DNA from: an uncultured Salinisphaerales bacterium
GTDB lineage: Bacteria > Pseudomonadota > Gammaproteobacteria > Nevskiales > Nevskiaceae
Reading direction: 5' to 3'
DNA length: 43,546 bases
NCBI GenBank assembly: GCA_964644715.1
Contig: CAZXXM010000001.1
Location: 1-43,546 of the forward strand
Position numbers and translations under genes: made by a program. Shown here in pieces: positions 1 to 7,720 of this stretch. Positions within the stretch are counted from its first letter, which is position 1; the number at the start of each line of letters is the position of its first letter. The notes beneath the pieces are model-generated. The model worked only from the letters and a program-made list of their open reading frames with translations. It was not told where the DNA came from and did not search any database.

Positions 1-55
1 AGCAGCCGTGCGCCGTGAACCGGATCCGCCACCAGAACCGGGCAATTCCTGTAAA
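1..55 (+). repeat. 55-bp direct repeat, copy 1
   Basis: AGCAGCCGTG...TTCCTGTAAA is identical to 43022-43076; the copies diverge at the next base (G vs A). Confidence 0.97.
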
Positions 56-70
56 GCGTGGCTGGCTCAA
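1..70 (-). CDS. 5' part of a hypothetical protein spanning the circular join (continues 43021..42891)
   Basis: TTG at 70 overlaps the stop of the upstream ORF (TTGA); reads MSQPRFTGIARFWWRIRFTAHGC then WHYSLG...AAGS across the join. Confidence 0.7.
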   Translation of the reverse strand, partial: MSQPRFTGIARFWWRIRFTAHGC

Positions 71-324
71 GGCGAGGACTCCGCTGGCACGAGTCTGAAC
101 ACCGGAGCCTTGGCGTCCTCGGTCAGCAGCAAGTGCTTCGACAGGCAGTTGCAACAGGCCGCCGGATTGCCGCCGCGCATGATGAATCCGCAGTCGCCGC
201 AGACGAAGGCGTAGCCCGCACCCGGCGCGATGAAGACGATGGTCGCGGCCATCGAAAGATCGCCGTGCCTGAACTCCGCCGGCAACGGCACTCCGGTCCA
301 CTCGCGATACTGAATCAGGTTCAA
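67..324 (-). CDS. Hypothetical zinc-ribbon protein
   Basis: CGDC...CCNC motifs; GAGGAG RBS before TTG at 324 (alternative ATG at 357). Confidence 0.6.
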   Translation of the reverse strand: MNLIQYREWTGVPLPAEFRHGDLSMAATIVFIAPGAGYAFVCGDCGFIMRGGNPAACCNCLSKHLLLTEDAKAPVFRLVPAESSP

Positions 325-337
325 GTGTCGGCCCTCC

Positions 338-559
338 TCACAGAGTTCGTGACGCATGGATCCACGACTCGCGCCCCGTGCGATGGTTGTAGACACGGAC
401 CCGATCCATCGCGGTCCTGACGACCGTCCCGCGCTGCCGGTGCTCGCCGACCATCCATTCGATTGGCGATTCGGCCGGATAGGCGATAGCCAGCTCGAGT
501 TCGACTTGGCGCTCGGCTTCCCGCCGCGCCACGAGCGCCTCCTTAAGATTTCGTTTCAT
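338..559 (-). CDS. Hypothetical phage protein
   Basis: MKRNLKEAL...; ATG overlaps the upstream stop. Confidence 0.65.
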   Translation of the reverse strand: MKRNLKEALVARREAERQVELELAIAYPAESPIEWMVGEHRQRGTVVRTAMDRVRVYNHRTGRESWIHASRTL

Positions 560-882
560 GCCCTCGCCCTCCGCTTCCAGGTCGCGCGCTGCCGCCGGGT
601 CAGGTTCTCCACGAACGCAGCGATCACGCGCAGGCAGTCCTCCTCGTAGATCGTTCCGGCGTCGGGCTCGAACACGTAGCGCCGCCAGCGCGCATGCCAG
701 GCGATCTCCCCGAGCGGCACCTCGCCGCCCTTCGTCCTGACATTCCACGACAGCGTGCGGCGCCCGGGCTTCGGCGACCCGGTCTCGAACCGCAGCCACC
801 CGGCCGTGACGACGCCGACGTCATGGCCCGTCGCCCGGTCGAAAGCGGCAAACTCTGGAGACTTGTGTAAGGTTTCCGGCAT
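556..882 (-). CDS. Hypothetical phage protein
   Basis: LGEIAWHARWRRYVFEP motif; coupled within the operon. Confidence 0.7.
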   Translation of the reverse strand: MPETLHKSPEFAAFDRATGHDVGVVTAGWLRFETGSPKPGRRTLSWNVRTKGGEVPLGEIAWHARWRRYVFEPDAGTIYEEDCLRVIAAFVENLTRRQRATWKRRARA

Positions 883-1548
883 TCACGAACCCCCGGTATT
901 CCCGCTGCCAGCAGCGTCGGATGGCGCACTTTGTAGGGTGGCTGCGGCGTTCTGTTCGGCCGCAAACCGCCGGATGAGCTCCTCCTCGAGCAGCCCGTCG
1001 TAGCACTTCGAGGAGCGCGGGATGACCGCCGCCGCGGCGCGCGCCAGGTCGGGGTGGAAACCCCACGGGTCGATGAAGCTGGCGATCCAGCCCATGGCCC
1101 GCACTGGGTTGAACAGCAGCTCCTCGAAGTCGAGCTGCAGTGTCGGCCACCGCTCCTCGAGCACCGACAGCGCATGGTTGCGCTCCCGAACGAGGGCTGC
1201 CGCCATGCGCAGCTCGGCGCTCCGGTCGTAGGGCAGCCGCATCAGGATGGTCGCGAACTTGATCTGCGACTTCGCCTGCTCCCGGGCGTCCCGGTTGCAC
1301 CAGAGCACGACGCACTCGGGAAACCGCTCGAGCTTCGGTCCGCACCGCTGCGGGTCGAGCAGCTTCACCGCGCGGCCGCGCTGCGAGCGCAGGAACCCGG
1401 GCGTGATGCGCTCCACTGCGTTGAACTCACCCTCGAAGGCCGGCGGCTCGCCGGCGCACTCGACCCCGCCAGCCGCGAGCATCTGCATCACCAGGCTCGT
1501 GCCGCAGCGGCCGAGCCCGCAGACGAGCAGCACCGGCCGCCAGTTCAT
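883..1548 (-). CDS. Sulfotransferase-like P-loop protein
   Basis: N-terminal VLLVCGLGRCGTSLVMQML resembles the 5'-PSB PAPS-binding loop; WCNRD..EQAKS resembles the 3'-PB motif; LDFEELL..P motif. Confidence 0.7.
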   Translation of the reverse strand: MNWRPVLLVCGLGRCGTSLVMQMLAAGGVECAGEPPAFEGEFNAVERITPGFLRSQRGRAVKLLDPQRCGPKLERFPECVVLWCNRDAREQAKSQIKFATILMRLPYDRSAELRMAAALVRERNHALSVLEERWPTLQLDFEELLFNPVRAMGWIASFIDPWGFHPDLARAAAAVIPRSSKCYDGLLEEELIRRFAAEQNAAATLQSAPSDAAGSGNTGGS

Positions 1549-2225
1549 GTGATCGGCACTCCGGATCCCGGAGACGGTGTCGCCGGCAGGCCATCGGCAA
1601 CCTCGATCGCGGCCTTCTGGTCTGGCGACAGGGCGGCGGCGGCCTTCGGCTTCTCCCGCGCCTTTCGGTAGCCGGTGCCACTCGCATACGGCTCTATCAC
1701 CCCGCGCCGCAGCAGCTTGTCGACGGTGTCGTCGGTCAGCACATACCGGCCCTTGATGAGGTGGTGCTCGTGTCCGTCGTAGCCGCCCAGGTCGACGAAC
1801 TCGATCCATGCGCCGGCCTCGACGTCGGCGATGATCTGATCCAGCGTCTGACCGTTGAGGGGCTGCCGCTCCTGTCGCTCTCGCAGGTCGGCGATTCGCT
1901 CGTGCTCGGCCTCCGGCCACATCGACGGATCCATCGGCTCGCCGTCCGTCCAGGTGAATTCGTGCAGCCGGCGATGCATCCGGCAGCCGCAGCAATAGGT
2001 GGCACCGTAGAACCAGGGGTCGCGCGCGTACGTCGCCGACAGCTCGTGGCCCATGGAAGTGACGACCCCGCACCCGTTGTGCCGGTAGCTGGTGCGGTAG
2101 GGCTTCACGTAACCCTTGGCGATTTCCGCCTCCGAGAGCACGAGATAGACCTTGTTCTGCGGCACCGGAAGCTCGTCGGCGCCGCGGCGAAGGTCCGGGT
2201 GATTCGGGTCGGTGGTCAGGCTCAT
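1545..2225 (-). CDS. Hypothetical protein with Cys/His-rich N-terminal domain
   Basis: YRHNGCG...YARDPWFYGATYCCGCRMH; coupled start and stop. Confidence 0.75.
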   Translation of the reverse strand: MSLTTDPNHPDLRRGADELPVPQNKVYLVLSEAEIAKGYVKPYRTSYRHNGCGVVTSMGHELSATYARDPWFYGATYCCGCRMHRRLHEFTWTDGEPMDPSMWPEAEHERIADLRERQERQPLNGQTLDQIIADVEAGAWIEFVDLGGYDGHEHHLIKGRYVLTDDTVDKLLRRGVIEPYASGTGYRKAREKPKAAAALSPDQKAAIEVADGLPATPSPGSGVPIT

Positions 2226-2437
2226 TGCTTCTTCCTCAGCTCGAAGTGAAAGACGCGCTGCTCGTCCACGCTGAACGCCAGCAGCTCGCCGCCGGTGTCG
2301 TCGATTTCCGCCACGGGGATGTCGACGCGCCTCCCGAGGCGTCGCAGGAACACGATCAGGAGTTGGTCCTTGAGCTCGTCCATCAGCGCCGCATGCTCCG
2401 GAGCATCGGCTCGCGCGAGTTCGATTCCTCTACCCAT
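2222..2437 (-). CDS. Hypothetical phage protein
   Basis: 71 aa; overlaps both neighbours. Confidence 0.7.
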   Translation of the reverse strand: MGRGIELARADAPEHAALMDELKDQLLIVFLRRLGRRVDIPVAEIDDTGGELLAFSVDEQRVFHFELRKKQ

Positions 2438-3611
2438 TGGCAGCCGCCCCGCCTGTCTGTGCGCCCATCAGCCCCGCCGCCTGCAGGCTGCGGACCGTAT
2501 CCTTGTGGCTGGTGTGCAGGTACGCCTCGGTCATCGCCAGCGTGCCGTGGCGCATGATCTGGCGGATCACGTCCGGGCTGACGCCCGCGGCCGCCAGGCG
2601 CCCGGGCAGGCCGTGCCGGAATGCATGGCAACCTGCCTTCGGCAGACACAGCGCATTCAGCAGCGGCTGCAGCTGACGCCGGCGGACGTCGTCGCTCGAG
2701 TACGGCGTGCCCTTGCGCGTGGCGAACAGCAGGCCCGCATCGTTCGGGATCCAGCAGCTGCGGTACTCGGCCAGGATCTCGTCGAGCGCCGGCAACAGCG
2801 GCACGTCGGCACGGCTGGTGCGCGTCTTGAGCGGCGCAAGCTCGCCGCGCACCGCCGCCTGGCGGATCACCAGGAGCCGCTCCTCGCGCTTCACCTGCGA
2901 CCAAGTCAGGCCCAGCGCCTCGCCGACCCGCAGGCCGGCGTAGCCCATCACCGCCCACAGCGCCTTCCACGGGTACTCGGAGGCCTCGATGATCCGGTCG
3001 AGCTCGTCCGGGCGGATGTTGCGGCGGTCGTGCTCGATGGCGTGCGCCGGCAGCCGCACGTCACGCGGGTCAATGATCCGCGCCGCGAACCCGTCGCGCT
3101 TCGCCTGGCGCAGGACCTGCAGCAGGATCCCGCGCACCGAGGCGACCGTGGCGCGCGCCAGGCGTTGGGACAGCTTGGCGATCATGGCGCGCATCGCCGC
3201 GGTGTCGATGTCGATCAGCCGCAGGTGCTGACACTCCGGAATCAGGTACTGGCGGATGACGGTGCGGTACTTGAGTTGCGACGTCGGCCGCATCAGCGCC
3301 ACGTGCAGGCGGAGGAATTCCTCGAAGTAGCGCACCGCCAGCATGGTCCGCCCGGGCGAGATCAGCTCCGGCTCGAGCAGCGCCAGGTACTCGTCCGCCG
3401 CGGTGCGCGCGGCGCGCATCGTCCTGAGCTCGGTCTTCGGCCCGAGGCGCTCCCGCACCCGGCGCCGCATCAGCTCCCCGGTGGCCGGATCCACGCTGAC
3501 CACGTGCCGCTGCAGCCACCAGGTCGGGCCGCGCAGCTGGATGGTGCCGCGGGCGTGGCGGTGCCGCATCAGCGCGCCCCGGGCGGCCGCCTGCGGCTGT
3601 GCGCGGCTCAC
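2430..3611 (-). CDS. Tyrosine recombinase/integrase
   Basis: Catalytic motifs GLRVGEALGL (R), LKT (K), HAFRH (HxxR), MRH and TEAY (Y); N-terminal arm-binding and SAM-like regions. Confidence 0.92.
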   Translation of the reverse strand: MSRAQPQAAARGALMRHRHARGTIQLRGPTWWLQRHVVSVDPATGELMRRRVRERLGPKTELRTMRAARTAADEYLALLEPELISPGRTMLAVRYFEEFLRLHVALMRPTSQLKYRTVIRQYLIPECQHLRLIDIDTAAMRAMIAKLSQRLARATVASVRGILLQVLRQAKRDGFAARIIDPRDVRLPAHAIEHDRRNIRPDELDRIIEASEYPWKALWAVMGYAGLRVGEALGLTWSQVKREERLLVIRQAAVRGELAPLKTRTSRADVPLLPALDEILAEYRSCWIPNDAGLLFATRKGTPYSSDDVRRRQLQPLLNALCLPKAGCHAFRHGLPGRLAAAGVSPDVIRQIMRHGTLAMTEAYLHTSHKDTVRSLQAAGLMGAQTGGAAANG

Positions 3612-3730
3612 GGCACCCAGCCGGCGCTCTGGGCGAGCGCGTAGAGCGCCGCCACGATGACCACCACGATCGGCGCCGCGATCGCGATCAGGATCGCGGT
3701 GATGCCTCGGAAGTCGTCGTCGCGGTTCAT
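3608..3730 (-). CDS. 40-aa single-transmembrane peptide
   Basis: MNRDDDFRGITAILIAIAAPIVVVIVAALYALAQSAGWVP; its stop overlaps the integrase GTG; not in the ORF track. Confidence 0.65.
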   Translation of the reverse strand: MNRDDDFRGITAILIAIAAPIVVVIVAALYALAQSAGWVP

Positions 3731-3731
3731 C

Positions 3732-4439
3732 TCAGCCCAGCGCCTTGAGCGACTCGATCGCCTGGTCGATGCGCGCACGCTCGGCGAGCAGCGCGTCGAT
3801 CGCCGGCTGGAAGCGCCCGGCGCCGTTCGGTTTGGCGTGGCGCGCGCGGACCTCGCCGAGCGTCCGCGGCTCGCCGTTCACCCGCGCGGCGGGCTTCTGG
3901 CGGACCCCCCCCTGGCGCTTCGCCGCCGCCGGCGCCGCCGCCTCGGCCTTGCCCTCGCGGGCCGCCTTGAGCTTCGCCTGGCGTGCGTTGTAGCAGGGCT
4001 TGCACTTCGCGCTGCTGGCGTAGAAGTCGCTCGTCGGCTTGCGCTTCTCGCACTCGTTGCAGACCTTCGTGGCACTCGACATGTCGGCCTCCTGATCACT
4101 CGGCGCCGACGCGGCATGCACCGGCACCTGCAATCTCGAAAACGGGGTCCAGCCCGCCGTGGTATTTGGCGGCGGCGGCGGCGGCGTGCGACCCGTGACG
4201 TCCCGCGCGGGCGGTGGCGGCGGCGCGGGAGGGATCGTTTCGTGCCCCGGGGCCGGCTCCGGATTCGCCGTCCACTCGCCCGGGCGCGGGACCCGCGCCA
4301 GGCCAAGCCGGCGCAGCGAGTCGAGGTTCGCGACGATCTCCGGCTGCGGCCGCCTGAAGTCCGCGACGATGCGCCCGAGCCCGATCGGGTCCTGCTTGCG
4401 CCGCAGGTACTCGAGCAGCTCCTGCTGGAAGGGACTCAT
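3732..4439 (-). CDS. Hypothetical protein: wHTH-like N-terminus, Pro-rich linker, zinc finger; possible internal start at 4082
   Basis: CNEC...KCKPC; CAGGAGG RBS before the in-frame ATG at 4082. Confidence 0.65.
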   Translation of the reverse strand: MSPFQQELLEYLRRKQDPIGLGRIVADFRRPQPEIVANLDSLRRLGLARVPRPGEWTANPEPAPGHETIPPAPPPPPARDVTGRTPPPPPPNTTAGWTPFSRLQVPVHAASAPSDQEADMSSATKVCNECEKRKPTSDFYASSAKCKPCYNARQAKLKAAREGKAEAAAPAAAKRQGGVRQKPAARVNGEPRTLGEVRARHAKPNGAGRFQPAIDALLAERARIDQAIESLKALG

Positions 4440-4795
4440 GCCGCCCTCGGCGTCAGGCCGCTCGCGCGGGCCTGGACGACGACGTATTCGACAATGACCG
4501 CCGGCCAGTAGGCATCGGCCGACAGCCCGAGGGCGTCCGGCACGCTCGAGCTGATGCCGTCGACCAGCGCACAAACCGCGCAGCCATTCGGGTCCGCATC
4601 CTTCCGCGCCCTGGCGAAATCAATCGCGAGCGATCGTGCGGCGCGCATTGGGTCGAAGGCGAACTGCGTGTGGCGCCCGCACAGCTCAGCCGCGAATTCC
4701 TCGAATTCATCGTGCGGCTGGTGGATCAGGTGCCCAAGTCCGCGCTCGCAGACCAGCTGCCGGAGGCGGCCCCAGTGACGCGAGCAGACGATCAC
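4436..4795 (-). CDS. Hypothetical Cys-containing protein
   Basis: GTG start overlaps the upstream stop; CSRH and CAVC motifs. Confidence 0.6.
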   Translation of the reverse strand: MIVCSRHWGRLRQLVCERGLGHLIHQPHDEFEEFAAELCGRHTQFAFDPMRAARSLAIDFARARKDADPNGCAVCALVDGISSSVPDALGLSADAYWPAVIVEYVVVQARASGLTPRAA

Positions 4796-5172
4796 AGCGG
4801 CCACCAGGTGGTCGCGCGCCGCCCGGTCACGCCGCAGCGGCGCGCCTTGCCGGTGCGGATGTGCACGTCGGCGAGCTCGCCGAGGCGACGACCGAAGATG
4901 TGCCGCCACTTCTCCCAGGAGCCCTCGGCGCCGAGTAACTCGACCTTGCGCCTGGCGAGCTCCGACGTCGTGCTCCCGGGAAACAGCCGGACCATCTGCA
5001 GCGCGTCGCGCTGCTGCTCGCCGAGCGCGCCCGTGGCCTTGATCGCAGCCGCGGCCTGGTGGCTGGTGTCGGGATCCGTCTCCCGCGCGCGCGGCGTGTC
5101 GACGAGCGGCGCTGCGGGCCGGAAGCGCTGCTCCCGGTAGGACCGGTAATCGGCCGCCCGCTCATCCCCCAT
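4792..5172 (-). CDS. Hypothetical HTH-like phage protein
   Basis: RARETDPDTSHQAA...GSTTSELA...RRLGEL...RRCGVTGR pattern common in phage early regions. Confidence 0.7.
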   Translation of the reverse strand: MGDERAADYRSYREQRFRPAAPLVDTPRARETDPDTSHQAAAAIKATGALGEQQRDALQMVRLFPGSTTSELARRKVELLGAEGSWEKWRHIFGRRLGELADVHIRTGKARRCGVTGRRATTWWPL

Positions 5173-5410
5173 GGGCGGCCCCCGCCCCGCGCCGGCGCGC
5201 GGTCTGGTACTGGAGGTGCCACTCCGCGACCCACTGGGGCCAGTCGCGGCCCGAGTGCGATTCGCACCAGGCGAGCAGGTCCCGCTCGACGCGCTCGCGG
5301 GCGGCGCCCTGTAGATACTTCGGGTTGACCACCGCGCCGGCGTGTTTCGGCAGCGAGGCGTGGATCGCCTGGTCGTCCGGATTGAGCGGCGGCATCAGGG
5401 AGCGGACCAT
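5162..5410 (-). CDS. Hypothetical protein
   Basis: 82 aa; coupled to the replication gene. Confidence 0.55.
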   Translation of the reverse strand: MVRSLMPPLNPDDQAIHASLPKHAGAVVNPKYLQGAARERVERDLLAWCESHSGRDWPQWVAEWHLQYQTARRRGAGAAHGG

Positions 5411-5949
5411 CAGCCGCCGCTCCTGCCCGGCAGCAGCTCACCGATGCGTCGCAGCGAAGTGCTCGCCTCGGCCTTGGTGGTGCGCTGCGGTGGCGCGGAT
5501 GGCGCGCGAGCCGCGCCCTTGGCCTGCGCAGGCTCGCGCGCGCGTTCCGGATTCTTATCTGTATCTGAATCTGTATCTGAGGGCCGTGACTCACGCGTGA
5601 CAGGACCGTGACGCATCCGTGACCGGCGCCGGCGCTGGCGCTCAGCGGCAGTCGGATCGTTGTCCGAGATGAACTGCCGCTTGTTCCAGTTCACCGGCTG
5701 CAGCTCGTCGTCGATCAGCTTTACCGCGACCAGTCGCGTCCGCATCTCGTCCCACGCTTTTCCGTCCAGCCCCAAGGACTTGCGGATCACGTCGAAGCGC
5801 TGCTGCCGGGTTGCGAATTCCCGATCGAGCAGGCCGCTGCACTTGAAGCACAGCAGCATCAGGAAGTGGCGCTGGTCATCGAAGGCCAGGCACTGGACGA
5901 CCGGGTCAGTCGCGAACTCGGCGTACATGCGGAACCACGGAAGGCTCAC
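5410..5949 (-). CDS. Phage replication initiator (replisome-organiser-like)
   Basis: PWFRMYAEFATDP N-terminus, NWNKRQFISD, AERQRRRR and DTDSDTD linker; lies downstream of cII. Confidence 0.8.
   Translation of the reverse strand: MSLPWFRMYAEFATDPVVQCLAFDDQRHFLMLLCFKCSGLLDREFATRQQRFDVIRKSLGLDGKAWDEMRTRLVAVKLIDDELQPVNWNKRQFISDNDPTAAERQRRRRSRMRHGPVTRESRPSDTDSDTDKNPERAREPAQAKGAARAPSAPPQRTTKAEASTSLRRIGELLPGRSGG
5557..5623. repeat. Putative replication origin (iterons) inside the initiator gene
   Basis: ATCTGTATCTGA twice (5557-5580), then CGTGAC at 5585, 5596, 5607 and 5618 (exact 11-bp period). Confidence 0.7.
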
Positions 5950-6236
5950 AGCGGCACCGCGACCGAGCGATCGCCGGCATCCCATCGGCGCGCCGCATCA
6001 GGACAGGCCGAGCACACGCCCAGGCCGGCGCGCGCATTGAGGCGGATCCACGAGCAGGGCTGGTTGACCGCCTCGTCCCAGCACGCCGCGGCGTCGTGAC
6101 AGCCGCACTCGATGCAGTGCGCAATCGGCGCGCGCCGTGGCTGCCGGGACCGGCCCGCGGCCCCTGGGAGATCCATGCATCGTCTGCGGTCGACGCGGGC
6201 CGGTCCGGGATGCGCGGTGAAATGCAGGGGCGCCAT
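5946..6236 (-). CDS. Hypothetical Cys-rich phage protein
   Basis: CIECGCHDAAAC...PCSW...GVCSAC. Confidence 0.7.
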   Translation of the reverse strand: MAPLHFTAHPGPARVDRRRCMDLPGAAGRSRQPRRAPIAHCIECGCHDAAACWDEAVNQPCSWIRLNARAGLGVCSACPDAARRWDAGDRSVAVPL

Positions 6237-6631
6237 CAGCCTGCGACCTTCAGGCGCAGGCGTTCGCGGCGCTTCATCAGCGCCTCGAGGCGATCCATGC
6301 AGGCGACCTCCTGGCGCAGGAGCTCGGCCTCCTCGTCCTGCGGCTCGACTGGTTGCGGCGCGGCATAGCCGACCTCGGCGAGGATCCACGCGATGGCCGT
6401 GTGGATGCCTTTGGCGCGTGCCATCTTGAGCAAGAGCACCAGGCGGTCAGGATCGAGCCGGTGCTGACGGTCGGGGTTCAGGCAGTCGAGCAGCCGGCGC
6501 CTGGCCTCATCCGTCCCCATCTCGTGCCACAACACGCTGCCGACGACCTTCGGGCCACCAAGCGCATCGACCGTGGCGCGGAGCGCGTCGATCAGCGTCT
6601 CGTAGAAAAGTTCCTGCTGATCCCCTGCCAT
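6236..6631 (-). CDS. CII-like regulatory protein
   Basis: Lies after cro; ALGGPKVVG...LLDCLNPDRQHRL; GAGG RBS before ATG 6631. Confidence 0.7.
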   Translation of the reverse strand: MAGDQQELFYETLIDALRATVDALGGPKVVGSVLWHEMGTDEARRRLLDCLNPDRQHRLDPDRLVLLLKMARAKGIHTAIAWILAEVGYAAPQPVEPQDEEAELLRQEVACMDRLEALMKRRERLRLKVAG

Positions 6632-6722
6632 TTCGACCTCTTGCGAAAAATCGCGGCGCCGCACAATCCATATTTCGCAACCGTTCGCAGCGCCAAATGG
6701 GGCATAAAAAGGGGGCGCGGCA

Positions 6723-6941
6723 TCACGCAGCGCGCTCGCGCCTCTTGGGCTCGCGGGGGTACAGATCGGGACGCAGGTCGTGACGCGAAACCCCAGTGAC
6801 TTCCTCGATCGAAAGCACGCGCCCGGCGGGCGGATACCCTCGCGAGACCCACTCCTGGACAGACTGGGGGGTCACCTTGAGCGCGCGCGCGAGTGCGGAT
6901 TGGCTTCCGCTCGACTCCACCGCTTTCTCGATCCCGATCAT
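6723..6941 (-). CDS. cro: Cro-like repressor (YdaS family)
   Basis: GSQSALARALKVTPQSVQEW...VSRHDLRPDLY; divergent from cI. Confidence 0.85.
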   Translation of the reverse strand: MIGIEKAVESSGSQSALARALKVTPQSVQEWVSRGYPPAGRVLSIEEVTGVSRHDLRPDLYPREPKRRERAA

Positions 6942-6953
6942 GACGTGGGAGAT

Positions 6954-7016
6954 TACAGGCAATGCCTGCACGATTGCAAGCCGTTCTTGTAATGCGGCCT
7001 ACAGGCGCCCCCTGTA
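6954..7016. promoter_or_regulatory. OR region: three 17-bp operators overlapping the cro promoter
   Basis: TACAGGCAATGCCTGCA (6954), TGCAAGCCGTTCTTGTA (6975), TACAGGCGCCCCCTGTA (7000); minus-strand TTGCAA-N18-TAATCT before cro. Confidence 0.8.
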
Positions 7017-7027
7017 CGGTTGTCAAA

Positions 7028-7720
7028 ATGGCTGGCAGCAAGAAGACGCGCGACGAGGCGGTCGCCATGGGGCGGCGCATCACTGAATATCGAGAGAAAG
7101 CGGGCCTAAATCAGAGTGGCCTGGCTGATCGGCTCGGGATAAAAGCACAGTCAGTACAGCAGTGGGAGAAGGGGCAGACACAGCCCCGGCCGGAGAAGCT
7201 ACGCGCCATTGCCGCCGCCCTGGGATGCTCGATCCATGCCCTCACCAGCGATGTCGTTGACCACGACGGCTTGTTCAACGAGGCGGTGCCCCTGCCACGC
7301 GTGGCGACCAAGCGCATTCCTCTCGTGTCAACTGCGCCGGCGGGCGCGCCGCGGGATGAGCTTGATCAACGCATCGCCGAGATCCGTGAGCCAACTGTGC
7401 CGACGCTGTATCCGGTGAGCTCCCAGGCATTTGCGCTGCGCATATATGGCGACTCCATGGAGCCGCTTTTCCCAAACGGCTGCATCATCACAGTTGAGCC
7501 GACCATGGAACCGAAAAGCGGAATGTTCGTGGTCGTGCGTCTCGATGGAACGAGCGAGCACACGTTCAAGCAATTGATCATCGACGGTCCGCATCGGTTC
7601 CTAAAGCCGATCAATCCGAGATACCCGATCATCGAATTATCGCGGGATGCGATAATCTGCGGCGTAGTCGTCGAGCACCATCAGTTCCACGTTCCGGGCA
7701 TACTGCAGTCATGGCTTTGA
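7028..7720 (+). CDS. cI: CI repressor (HTH plus S24 autopeptidase)
   Basis: GLNQSGLADRLGIKAQSVQQWEKG HTH; AG cleavage site; GDSMEP (Ser) and TFKQL (Lys). Confidence 0.93.
   Translation: MAGSKKTRDEAVAMGRRITEYREKAGLNQSGLADRLGIKAQSVQQWEKGQTQPRPEKLRAIAAALGCSIHALTSDVVDHDGLFNEAVPLPRVATKRIPLVSTAPAGAPRDELDQRIAEIREPTVPTLYPVSSQAFALRIYGDSMEPLFPNGCIITVEPTMEPKSGMFVVVRLDGTSEHTFKQLIIDGPHRFLKPINPRYPIIELSRDAIICGVVVEHHQFHVPGILQSWL

Noticed and set aside
1-55. 55-bp repeat as a classical attL/attR core
   Set aside because: It lies inside a gene, far from both recombinases, has no tRNA similarity, and its length equals a common k-mer; kept only as an open possibility.
860-940. Similar motifs ACCTTACACAAGT and ACCCTACAAAGT (minus strand) as integrase arm sites
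   Set aside because: Short, imperfect and inside coding sequence; not enough support.
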